DNA from: Sphaerodactylus townsendi
Taxonomy: Eukaryota
Assembly (NCBI RefSeq): GCF_021028975.2
Contig: NC_059434.1
Coordinates: 24,800,001-24,864,000 of the forward strand
DNA length: 64,000 nt
Direction of reading: 5' to 3'
Position numbers and translations under genes: made by a program. Below, piece by piece: positions 1 through 10,598 of the stretch. Position 1 is the stretch's first letter. Each line of letters begins with the position of its first letter. The notes below the pieces were generated by a model that searched no databases, had not been told where the DNA came from, and worked only from the letters and a program-made list of their open reading frames with translations.

Positions 1-573
1 CACATGGGAACCTTACACCAAGGATATTCAACATCCAGAGAAAGCTCTCTTTAACAGAAAAACATCACATTTTATAATTACAATGTATTTTCCCTAAATC
101 TATTTCTAGAGTCAAGCTAGTAGTAGAATCTAAACAGCTGCATGACTGGCAGGAGATGGATGGTTTAAATTTGTTGATCCTGCTCAAAATTTTGGGAAAT
201 AATATTTTATACAGCACACTGAAATAAAACTAACAAATAAAATTCTGGCATGGACAGGCCCTTATAGAAAATGACTTCATAGTTTGTTCTTTATAGATTC
301 AGCAACACCCTGTGAGGCAAACATTAAGAGGCAGAAAGGTTTTGTCAATATTTGTCAAATCTACATTGAACCATGCTTACAAAAAAGGTTTTTATATTGA
401 AATACTTAAACCAAAAATCTATGAGCTCCCAAAGCCTGTTTATTTTACACATAGCTAACAAAATGAATTATCGGCTTCTTTATGACTTTCAGTATAATCG
501 GGGCGTGGGGGAGAAAGTTTTGTGGAATCAGTATGAACCCCATAGCCAGTATAAATGCCAGTTCACATGGTGC

Positions 574-880
574 AAGAAGAAGAAGAAGAGGAGTTTGGAT
601 TTATATCTCCCCTTTCTCTCCTGCAGGAGACTCAAAGGGGCTTACAATCTCCTTGCCCTTCCCCCCTCACAACAAACACCCTGTGAGGTGGGTGGGGCTG
701 AGAGAGCTCCGAGAAGCTGTGACTAGCCCAAGGTCACCCAGCTGGCGTGTGTGGGAGTGCACAGGCTAATCTGAATTCCCCAGATAAGCCTCCACAGCTC
801 AGGCGGCAGAGCTGGGAATCAAACCCGGTTCCTCCAGATTAGATACACGAGCTCTTAACCTCCTACGCCACTGCGGCTCC
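574..880 (-). mobile_element. tRNA-derived squamate SINE (Squam3/MIR-like)
   Basis: tRNA-like head with A/B boxes, CORE-like GACTAGCCCAAGGTCAC segment and (TTC)n tail; many copies in the window. Confidence 0.85.
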
Positions 881-1711
881 TATACTAGTGCTGGGGGCAC
901 TTGTGCCGGCTACTTGTTGCCTGGGCTCAAATGTTGCTGCTGTTCTTGCGGTGCAAGAGTCCACGCCAGCGCTGATGGGACATTCTCATGGGCAGAGAAG
1001 ACTTTAATAGGCTTCCTGAGGGCTTTTAGCCTGGGAATGGCTCCTTTTGCTGGCGTAGACTTACGCTACTAAAAAGGGTGGCATTGACACTTGAAGTTCG
1101 ATTGGTAAATTTTCCTCTTTTTTTGCTTCCCCCCGCCCTTTGCAAATCTCTTTGGAGGCAGTGGGGCTGTGCTGTGCCTGGCCAACGCTCATCTACCCCA
1201 ACCCCTAAGTGTGAGAGGATGAAGAGGCAAAAAACACAAGTCACCAAAGACAAAGGCCCACTCCGCACGTGCCGTATACAGTGGTGTTTGGCCAGTAAAA
1301 AAAACATTGTGGGGGAGGACTTCGCACAGCTGCCACTGCTGGTGCAAAGCCACACAGACCCATTTCCCCCACAATGGTGTTTACATGACTCACTAAATGA
1401 GTGAGTCTTTTAGAAAACATCAGCGTCCACCTGGTGCTGAGCAAATGGCACTGGGTGGAAGGGGCTGTTTTTCTACATTCAGCACCTGATTCCACATGCA
1501 GTGAGGATTCCTTTTGACAATAACACGCACACAAATCCGTAAGAGCTTGCATATTTTAAAATGACTACCATGAGATTTGGGATAATAATCAGATAATTGG
1601 TTATAATAATACATTTTAAAGTTTACTAATAGAGTATTTTCAACAAAAGCCACAGGATGAATTGTGCTGAACTTGTCATTTTTACAGCTCTGAATACTGT
1701 GCAGCTGTATT

Positions 1712-2010
1712 GAGCAGCAGTGGCGTAGTGCTTAAGAGCAGGTGCATTCTAATCTGGAGAACCGGATTTGATTCCCCGCTCTGCCATTTGAGCTGTGGAG
1801 GCTTATCTGGGGAACTAGATTAGCCTGTGCACTCCAACACATGCCAGGTGGGTGACCTTGGGCTGGTCACAGCTCTTCAGAGCTCTCTCAGCCCCACCCA
1901 CCTCACAGGGTGTTTGTTGGGGGGGGAAGGAAAGAAGATTGTAAGCCCCTTTGAGTCTCCCTACAGAAGAGAAGGGGGTTATAGATCCAAACTCTTCCTC
2001 TTCTTCTTCT
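1712..2010 (+). mobile_element. Same SINE family
   Basis: Head GCAGTGGCGTAGTG..., tail (TTC)n. Confidence 0.85.
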
Positions 2011-2034
2011 TATATAACAAGCTGTTTCTCTTAC

Positions 2035-2112
2035 CTGCAGGAGGTCTTGCTGTCTTCTTTGTTTTGGGCAAATGTTTAATAGATGCTTAAGCTTTTCAAA
2101 ACCTTTCTTCTG
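2035..2112 (-). CDS. Minus-strand gene, coding exon 4 (QKKGFEKLKHLLNICPKQRRQQDLLQ); gene continues beyond the window's left edge
   Basis: TAGCAG (NAGNAG) acceptor, CAG|GTAAGA donor; 78 nt, open only in phase 0; resembles the 'K.P..R...D' helix that precedes the cNMP domain in CNBD2-type proteins. Confidence 0.72.
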
Positions 2113-3656
2113 CTATACAAAGAAAAGGCAAACATTACTTTTTCACTGAATATAGCCTACCTGTTCTCTTGGATGTTTTAAGCAACTTGCAGAGAATAAT
2201 AGTATTCAGTGCTGCCATAGATACATCATTCAGCTCTCTGTTTACTGTTAATCCAGGTATAGAATATTTTAAAAACAAATATTACTTTGTGAATATAATA
2301 AAGTTCAAAAGTTAAATCACAAGTAGCACAATCCTATGCATGTTTTCTTAGAAGCAGATTCCACTGAACTTAATTGTAGATTTATGCCTATTGTAAATTA
2401 ATGTCTATTCAATGCCTATTGAATTTAATTGTAGATTAATGTGCATATTGGCTGCCTTTCTTATCCACTTCCACTTAGTAATAAATCAAGCCAAACTCAG
2501 TGGGACTTACTTCTAAGTAAATCACACCACTGAGTTCTTAAACTCATGGACTGCACAGTGCAAGTAATAACTCTGGTAATAACCATGTATTCTGTAGTTT
2601 TCCAGGATTTCCACACACTCCCTCCCCCAATTTATTAGTGTGTAGGGTTTGTGTGTAGCGGGGCAACAGTGCAAACTGGAGTACCTTTTTCCTATGAAAA
2701 GGCTCTCTGGGTCAAAGCCATAATTTAAAACCAATTTAAGGTTTTGTTCTGTGAGACACTGAGCACCTTGTTCTTGAACAAAAGCTATTTCCATTAACAT
2801 ACTCAGCACTTTCACGCTGCAGTCAAAATAACCAAAGAAAATTTTATTTATCAAAATAAACATTTTGATTTTAAAAAACACATTAAGCTATACATCTTAT
2901 TTACTATGCTGATTATGTGTAATTTTTGTGTAATTCTTTGTTCTGCTGAGCCAGAATAATAAATACTGTAGTTGGGCATGCCATTTATCACTAGGCATGC
3001 TGTTACACAATATCACACTTCACTGAAAGTAGACTGCTTATTTCAACAGGAAGCCATCCCACAAACAGTGTCCAAGCTGTGGTGCTATTACTGCCATTTG
3101 TAGATGGGAAAATGAGGCTGAAAATCCATAACAGAACTTAAAACTGAAACCCAGTTTTTTCTGAGTTCAAATGTAACACTTAAGTCGTGTTATTTTGCAA
3201 GTTAAAATGCCTCCCCAGATTTGAAAACTATTTGAAATTAAACAAAAATATATAGTTTCTGGGGGGTTTCAAATGAGCAACTAAGCACTTAAGTGAGGCC
3301 AAAAAGTATTTAATTATTGAATCTGAATAAAGAGATTCACAGAATTCTTAAGACAAAATATTCTAAATTGTGCCCCTTCATTCCTCAAATGCATTCTGCA
3401 CCCTAGCTGTAAACAATTTCTGAGTGATCTACTTACCTGTCTATCACACATTTCAGTAACAAAAGTACTTAGCATATATATCACATTTCAAGCATTCCAA
3501 ACTGTTCACACACAGTGTTCTCAGTAATCTTTATGACCATTTTGTAAGGGAGGTCAATATTATTATCCCCATATCAAAGATGAGAGGCTGAGGCTTACCT
3601 AAGGCCACTGAACAAGAATCACAGCGCCTTAACACTTATGAAATATAAATACTCAC

Positions 3657-3768
3657 AAACTGTTTTTTGGAATAATCACTGATGCTGAACATGAGGTCAT
3701 TTTTGAAGGTCTTCTGCATCTTCAGGTAAAACTTTGCCCACTGTAATACCTGACTCCTTCCAATATAG
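3657..3768 (-). CDS. Minus-strand gene, coding exon 3 (SYIGRSQVLQWAKFYLKMQKTFKNDLMFSISDYSKKQF)
   Basis: TTTCTCATACAG acceptor, TTT|GTGAGT donor; 112 nt, open only in the phase required by exon 2. Confidence 0.72.
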
Positions 3769-4510
3769 CTGTATGAGAAAGTACACTGTGAGATACTTTG
3801 AAAGTTTAAAAGCTTGAAAAGTAGTCCTTGTAGAATCCGTTATGTCAGTGCATTTCAATTTAAGAGTGTGACTTTGCAAGCAATTGAAAGCTGATGTGGT
3901 ATAGTGGTCAGCACAACAGACCAAACAATTAACTGTTTTTCCTTTCCTCTGAGAGGTTTGTTTGCGTTGGTCTGTGTTTTTGTTGCTGTTTCACTGCATG
4001 GTCTTCAGTCATGTCTGTAAACTCCTCTAAGCTACATAGGCAAGGCAAATAAAATATTTTAAATAAGTAAATCTGATCTTCAGCCTATGGAGAATAATGT
4101 ACTTTCAATCCACTTTCACAATTGTTTGCAAGTGGATTTTGCTATTTCGCACAGTAAAATTGAAAGTACATTATTGTGCGGTAAGGGCCTCAGTCTGTGT
4201 GGTTATTCCAAAAGCAACTAGTTGCTATAGAACTGTATTGGAGATAGAGAAGCTTCATCTGTAATTCTACTATGAATTTGTTTTGTGGCACTGTCAGAAA
4301 CACAATACATTTCCACAGCAGCGCTGAAAAGGAGCACCCAATGAATAATACTTTCCAAGGCTGCTTTATTAAATGTAGCATGGGATCTTTGAAAGACACA
4401 GTATACATATATTGAAACTTAGATATCCTGGCTGCATTGCCAAGATCAGCAATAAAGATAGTGGGAAATGCAAAAATACTTATCATGTGGTATCAGAACA
4501 AATAAAACAC

Positions 4511-4768
4511 AGAAGAAGAGTTGGTTTTTATACTCCACTTTTCTTTACCTTTAAGGAGTACCAAAGCAGTTTGCCTTCCTTCCTCTCCCCACAACAGACA
4601 CCTTGTGAATTGGTGAGGCTAGGAGAATTTAGAGAACTCTGACAAGCCCAAGGTCACCCAGCAGAGGTGGGGAAACATACCCAGTCCATCAGATGAGAGT
4701 CCACCACTCATGTGGAGGAGTGGGGAATCAAACCTGGTTCTCCACTGCTCTTAACCACTGCACCATGC
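4511..4768 (-). mobile_element. Same SINE family, diverged copy
   Basis: Similar to the 574-880 copy. Confidence 0.8.
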
Positions 4769-4899
4769 TGATGAGCATGGAAAAATGTCCTTCTTAAATG
4801 TGTTCTGCTGAGGTTCTCTGGTTTGACATTGGTTCTGATGGGCTTCTCTTACAGCATTAGCCCTTGGTTCTGTAGGTCTTGCAAAAGTGCTCTCTTTGG

Positions 4900-5500
4900 C
4901 CGTTTCCGCACGGCCTCCTTCCGCCCCCACGCCGCCAAGAGTGCGGGCGGGCGTGAGCGTGCTCGCGCATGCGCGGCGCGTAACTACGGTAAGCGAGGAG
5001 GTCGGCAGATGGCGAGGCGGCTCCCTGCACGGAGCCGCTTCTCTGCGCGCTCCGCCCCTCTCACGGTGTCCTCCTCGCAAATTAGCCTGGGGCCATGGCG
5101 TCACAGCCCCGCTTCACACGCTGCCCTCCGACCCCTGGAGCCTCGGAGGGGGACAGTGAAGTGGGCGAGGGCTGCGACGCCCACTTGTAGGCTTAATGGT
5201 AGGAGGACACCGTGAGTGGGGCGGCAAGACGGGAGACAGCATCTTCCCGGCGGCCCAGTTCGCAGACCGCGCCAAGCAGGAAGGCGGCTCCACTCTCCAA
5301 CAACAACCCTTTAAAGGGTTACATTTGTTTAAAGCGGCTTGACGCCGCACTAGGGGAGTGGAAGAAGAGTCAGGTCGCCGCTGCTGCGCTATGTTGCAGC
5401 GAAAAGCAGGCGCCTGTATCTTGAGCTCTGGCGGCCTGGGGGCGCCTTTTTTGGCGCCCCCAGGCCGTCATAAATGGGCCGTGCGGAAGCGGCCTTTGAG
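4900..5500. promoter_or_regulatory. Orphan CpG island with promoter motifs
   Basis: CpG-dense; GC boxes at 4921 and 4945, NRF1 palindrome CGCGCATGCGCG at 4964-4975, YY1-like AGATGGCG at 5007-5014, ETS-like GCGGAAG near 5483. Confidence 0.7.
5015..5494 (+). ncRNA. Candidate structured non-coding RNA or structured 5' leader (family unknown)
   Basis: At least 7 adjacent helical elements, including a ~173-nt fold-back (5052-5224) and an 18-bp hairpin (5429-5470); wobble pairs read mostly as G-U on the + strand. Confidence 0.45.
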
Positions 5501-6296
5501 AGACTTTTGACCAGGAGTTGCTTTGCTTGCTCTTGTGTTTCTGGCTTTTTTTTGCCCTGGAGAAAGCATAACCCCCACCCCACCGCCACCGCCCATATCA
5601 AGCAAACTGGAGGGACCCCCTTCAGGGGCTCATAGAACTGTGTGTCTGTGCATGACCCATCCCTTTTTTTGTGAATAAGTTGGGTGAGTGAGATTTTGGG
5701 TTCTTGAGAGTTTTTAAACTGGAGTTTTCACAATTTTGTCATTTGGATTTTGTTTGTTTATTGCAGTCTGTTCTGAGACGGTGGTAAAGGGCAGCAAATA
5801 AATGCAAAACAATTTTTTTAAAGTAAAAAAACATCCTTCCAGCCCTTGGAACCAAGCCAACCCTTGGTTCTCTCCGATTGAAAAGAAAATTGACTCCATT
5901 CGACTGTAACTGGATTCACCATGTTTCTTGTCCTATTCAGAAGTTTATAAAAGACAAAAAGGTTGATTACTGGATAGAGTTTTCCAGGTTAGTTACAGCA
6001 GCCATGAAAACCTGCTCACCTATGCATTTCTCAATCTCATTTGAGCAGGGTCATATGGCCCATTATTTACTCTGCTTAGTTAACCCTGTTCTAAGAAGAG
6101 CCTTAATGCTTACTAGGTTTAATATCATGCCTTCTGCTTCTTTATTAGGCAGATTCAACAATATAGATTGTGCCCTTGCAATACAGGACAAGTTGAATCC
6201 TTGGCCCATCAATTATTGCATTGTTCTAGGGAATTAGATCTAAATTTGTGAACCTTACTCCCTTATTCCAAACTGATCTCCCTGGTTTATTCAGAC

Positions 6297-6507
6297 CAGT
6301 GGTTCTCAACCTGGGGGTCGGGACCCCTTTTGGGGTCAAACGACCCTTTCACAGGGGTCGCCTAAGACTCTCTGCATCAGCGTTCTCCATCTGTAAAATG
6401 GATAAATGTTAGGGTTGGGGGTCACCACAACATGAGGAACTGTATTAAAGGGTTGAGGAAGGTTGAGGAAGGGTTGAGGAAGGCATTAGGAAGGTTGAGA
6501 ACCACTG
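6297..6507. mobile_element. hAT SPIN/URR1-like non-autonomous DNA transposon
   Basis: 16-bp TIR CAGTGGTTCTCAACCT; 8-bp TSD ATTCAGAC/ATTTAGAC; internal segments match the recalled SPIN/URR1 consensus. Confidence 0.88.
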
Positions 6508-7023
6508 ATTTAGACTACTCTATTTGTTAGATAACCCAGACCTCTCTTTCTGTGTGACGGTTGCAGATTTTCTTTTGGAAATAATACAGAGTCATTAGTA
6601 ATTTTTAAAATATATTCTATGTTGTTCATTATTTTATGCAGTTCATGCTTTTATTATACCTATTCATGCTTTTATTATACCTAGTCACACACATACATAT
6701 TCTTTTTTTCTGTTATTATTATGCCAATAAAGGCTTACTGTACTGTTGCTATTATGCCAATAAAGGCTTACTGTACTGTACTGAAAACATCCTTCCATTA
6801 GCGAGCACTTGGTAAGCAAAGGTCCCGCTCCCAGAGTCCCTGTGTGCATTCAGAGCACAGTCCCTTCAGCACTATAACGCTGGACCCCCACTTCTGAAAA
6901 CGAGGCAGGAAGCCTCCGCGGTTTCTGTCCTTGCAAACTGGACTCGCTGCAAACATCACGAGGAGGGGACGTGGAGTCCGTGGAGCCGACCGGCTGCTTT
7001 GCTGAGCTGACTGACCTGCTCAC

Positions 7024-7103
7024 CTTTTGCTTCTCAAGACCAGCCCGCAGAGATGGGCCACCGTCCGGGCTGCTCGGCGGAAGCGCGGCGCCCTTCTGGC
7101 TCG
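7024..7103 (-). CDS. Minus-strand gene, coding exon 2 (RARRAPRFRRAARTVAHLCGLVLRSK)
   Basis: TTTGCAG acceptor, AAG|GTGAGC donor, 80 nt open in phase 0 to 2. Confidence 0.68.
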
Positions 7104-7186
7104 CTGCAAAGGAAGGAACCCACAAAAGCATGAAGAGGGGTCAACACAGAGCCGCGGCCGCCTGAGAAGGAGAGAGCAAAGTTTAC

Positions 7187-7216
7187 CTCCTCCAGCTTCT
7201 CGGCAGCCTCCATCAT
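7187..7216 (-). CDS. Minus-strand gene, coding exon 1 (MMEAAEKLEE), tentatively CNBD2-like
   Basis: ATG at 7216 within a CpG-rich region; GAG|GTAAAC donor; 83-nt intron ending in a pyrimidine tract and GCAG. Confidence 0.6.
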
Positions 7217-7973
7217 AACTCGGTCTCCAGCAACAAACTGCCTCGTTCCCGGGCTGGTTCAGCTAAACGCCCAGAGAGGAGTCGCTTTCTTTCCCCCCGC
7301 CCCCGGTCAGAAAAAAGCAAGGGCGGGAGCTCGCACTGAGGCTCTCTCGGACTGTTTGCCTAAGCGAGCAGGGCCCTTGCGCAATGATCTTCCCCAAGCT
7401 TAGGGCGGTGTAGGTGTAGCAGTGATGGGGTCATGGGTTCAACTCCTCCACCTGACCATGTATGAAACTGGCGCTGGGCTTTAGCCCTCTCTTGCAGCTT
7501 GGCCTATGGGGAGGGGAGAGAAGTAGATGCACCACTTTGCGCCCCCTCCCCACCACCACAGAAAGGCAGCAATAAAGGTAGAATAAATAGACAAGGGCCT
7601 CACTGATCAAGCCTACCTGTATGTAGCTGTACCTCAATGAGGGGAATGCATTTTGCACATTCTCAGAAGCACTTGCCACCATCAGGACAACTCACCTCCT
7701 CAACTACTGAAACAGAACCCAGAGCTTAGCAGAGGAGGTGATGTGTAGTGCTTCTGAGAATGTACCAAATGTATGAGAATGTACCCCCTCACTGATGAAT
7801 GTATACATTGCTATACACAGTTAGGGTTGACTAGTGAGACACCTCCCCCCACCCCTTCTAGCTTTACCAGTCAGGATTTCAAGACTGACGTTTCAGTAAG
7901 ATTCCCTGTTTGATTTAAACAGGTCTTAAAGAGTAAACTGTGACTCAGGAAAACTCACAACCAAATGTTGTTA

Positions 7974-8205
7974 CCCTGTTTCCCCGAATATAAGCCACCC
8001 CCTGAAAATAAGACGTAATAGAGGTTTTGCTGAAGTGCGAAATATAAGGCATCCCCTGAAAGTTAGACGTAGCAAAGTTTTTGTTTGGAAGCATGCCCGA
8101 CGAACAGAACACAGAAAAATAAGACATCCCCTGAAAATAAGACATAGCGCATCTTTGGGAGCAAAAATTAATATAAGACACTGTCTTATTTTCGGGGAAA
8201 CACGG
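7974..8205. mobile_element. Tc1/mariner (pogo/Tigger-like) MITE
   Basis: TIR CC(C/G)TGTTTCCCCGAA, flanked by TA; related copy at ~38862-39204. Confidence 0.8.
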
Positions 8206-10477
8206 TAGTCTTCAAGGTGCTAGTGGACTTCTTTGTTTTATTTTGTTTTGCGATAGCAAACAAATACAGCTACACTTTTTATCTCCCTGGTCCAGCATTT
8301 TATATTTGGAGGGAGCACTAGATTTCTCCAACACAAGGAATGCCAAGTAGAACTTCTCAAATAATTAATTGCTACAGTTAAATATGTGTGCCCCACCCCC
8401 CGACCACTGGTGGAGGAAAGGGGGTTTGGCCAGATTCAGCTTGGGAAACTGCAGGATATTTGGGGGTGGAGCCTGGAGAGGAAAGGGACCTCAGAGAGGT
8501 TCAGGGCCACAGAGTCCATCCTGCAAAGCAGCCATTTTCTCCAGGGGAACTCATCTTTGTAGTCTGGAGATGAGCTGCAATGTCAGGGGATCCCAAGGTC
8601 CCACCTGGAAGATGGCATCCCTACTATAACGTAGCCGTGCAACTGAAGAGACAGCCCAGCAATATATTCATCGTTTATGTCTGTCCTTTCAATCTTTAAA
8701 TATTCCTGACCTTTTACTGAGGTATCCTATTTGTATGCAGATTGATGCTGAAAATACTATGAAAAATACTATGGTGCCTGAAACTCACTTGTCTGGGTGG
8801 CTGCCAGTTTAATTATCAGATTCTTTTGCATATTCACTCATATTTACTATGTGAGAGGGGCTCTGGGGCACTTTGAAAGCAAAAGGATGTAATGATCCTG
8901 ATGCACTTGAAAAGATCAGAAATCCACATATCCCATCACATCACATGATATCATCTCTTTTCTGGCCAATAATCTCCTGTTTTACTTTTTCAAGTCATAG
9001 AAATTAATTATCATTTGGAATAATATCAAAATTTGGAATAATATCAAAATTTGGAGTAATATCAAGAGCATCAACATGTATTTAAAACATCCATAAATTA
9101 CATACATATATTATATGCATACATAAAACTGTGACAGTAATTTAATCCAAGCGTGGCTCTGAATGCAGTGAGACTGAGAAATATATCTGTGCCTTTGAGC
9201 TTCCTGTGCATGTGTGTATGTTATTAACGCAGGTCAGAAAGTGAAAGACAACTCCTTTAAAACAGAATATTCATGCCAGCCAATATACATTCTGCCTTTA
9301 AATTACAGGTACGGGAAATGCTGAGCTGATTTAAGCATCACTTATGAAAATAATCTAAGTGACTGTGTGTTGTTAAGGATCTCCAAGTGTGTGCGGATGG
9401 GAGGAGGCAAGTCAGAAAAAAGGAAAGCAGTTCTACTAATGAGCGAGATGAATTAAAGATATTATTCAAAATCAATAATGTATGCAGATGCTCTTTCCAA
9501 ATTGTCTTTGCAAGGCTCAGGTGGCCAGCTGAGGGTAGCATGCCAATCTAGCACTTCTTCTAGAAGTTACTTTTTTCTAAGGGCTTGCTCTTGAAATGGA
9601 CAAGTTTGTTAAATCTAATGGGCAAAAACATAAAAATGAGGGTGAGATGAGTCATTAATATTGAACAGAAAAGATAAGTGGTTCAGATATTTGTGTAAAA
9701 GTTTAGGTTTTTTCTGTTTTGGAAAGAAAGATCAATTTATATAAAGTATGTGAAACCCCAGCTATCATTTGGGTGTAAAATTTTAGAAGGGAGAGTGTTA
9801 TGTAGGGAAATATCCGTTTTCTTCAATACTATGGCCCCATGATGGACTGGATTCCGCCATCCCCCATGCTGGCACAACTAAAAGCAGAGGTCTGGATTTA
9901 GTGCTGAAGCTCTTTCTGAACTGGCAAGTGGTTTTACAGCAAGAACTGGCTGACTCCTCTGTGCTCTGATGTGATGCACGTAGACTTGTGGGGAAAGTTA
10001 AGTGTTTAGGAACAGCGGCAGTGCTGCAGGTGGGGGGTGGATGAGGAGATGTTGCGCCTGCTGCTGTCTCCTCTTGTGCCAGTGGTAATATCCTTAATGG
10101 AAGGATCATCCCAATCAATACCTCCGAGCAGCTGTTAACTGGCTGGGATAATGGAATCAAAATGAGTTAGTGCGAATGGAGCTGTCTTGCCTCTTTGGTA
10201 TGAAAGATGCTTCTGCCCTGTGATAGTCAGGGGGCTGCTAAGACCCACAAGAGAGACTGTCTTGGCACCCCGGCAAACTATAGTGGAGCAGCAAAGCTTT
10301 TTTTGTTGCACTGGATGCGGAATGGGGTTGTTTCTGCTCCTCTGGCCAGCAAGCTGAAAAATTCAAAGCTGGGAGCCATGGCCTGATTGCTGTCTAACTT
10401 AGTCAAATCCCCAAAGTCTGGAGGGACTCAAAGAAGAGAGACAACCAGCAGCATTGACCTTGATCAAAGGCAAGGCA

Positions 10478-10598
10478 ATGTCATCGCTGGTGAAGGAGGA
10501 TCTTAACAAGAAACTGTTCAAATCCATCGGGCAGAACTTGTACGAGTTCATTGAAGTTGAGTGCTCAGGCAAGGACCGCTTCTACCTTTGTGCTTCAG
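10478..10598 (+). CDS. EXOC1L: Exocyst complex component 1-like, coding exon 1
   Basis: [40 protein letters not shown] matches the recalled EXOC1L N-terminus; CAG|GTAAGT donor. Confidence 0.95.

Larger units (their letters stand above)
6880..7400 (-). promoter_or_regulatory. CpG-rich promoter and first-exon region of the minus-strand gene
   Basis: CpG enrichment; GC boxes CCCGCCCC (~7296) and GGGCGGG (~7321) upstream of the ATG at 7216. Confidence 0.55.

Noticed and set aside
2685-2816. AG/GT-bounded 132-nt segment on the minus strand (VKVLSMLMEIAF...)
   Set aside because: Open only in phase 2, whereas the flanking exons join in phase 0, where it contains a stop.
4900-5500. Telomerase RNA, RNase P/MRP, 7SK, HDV-like ribozyme, H/ACA RNA or MALAT1-like 3' end
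   Set aside because: No CTAACCCT template or CR2/CR3, no RNase P/MRP or 7SK signature, CCTCCTCGC lacks a P3 partner, the H-box-like ACAGCA has no ACA box after the next hairpin, and there is no triple-helix plus tRNA-like module.
1-10000. NMU expected here from mammalian synteny
   Set aside because: No neuromedin U motifs (FLFHYSK, FRPRN) were found; the minus-strand exons encode something else.
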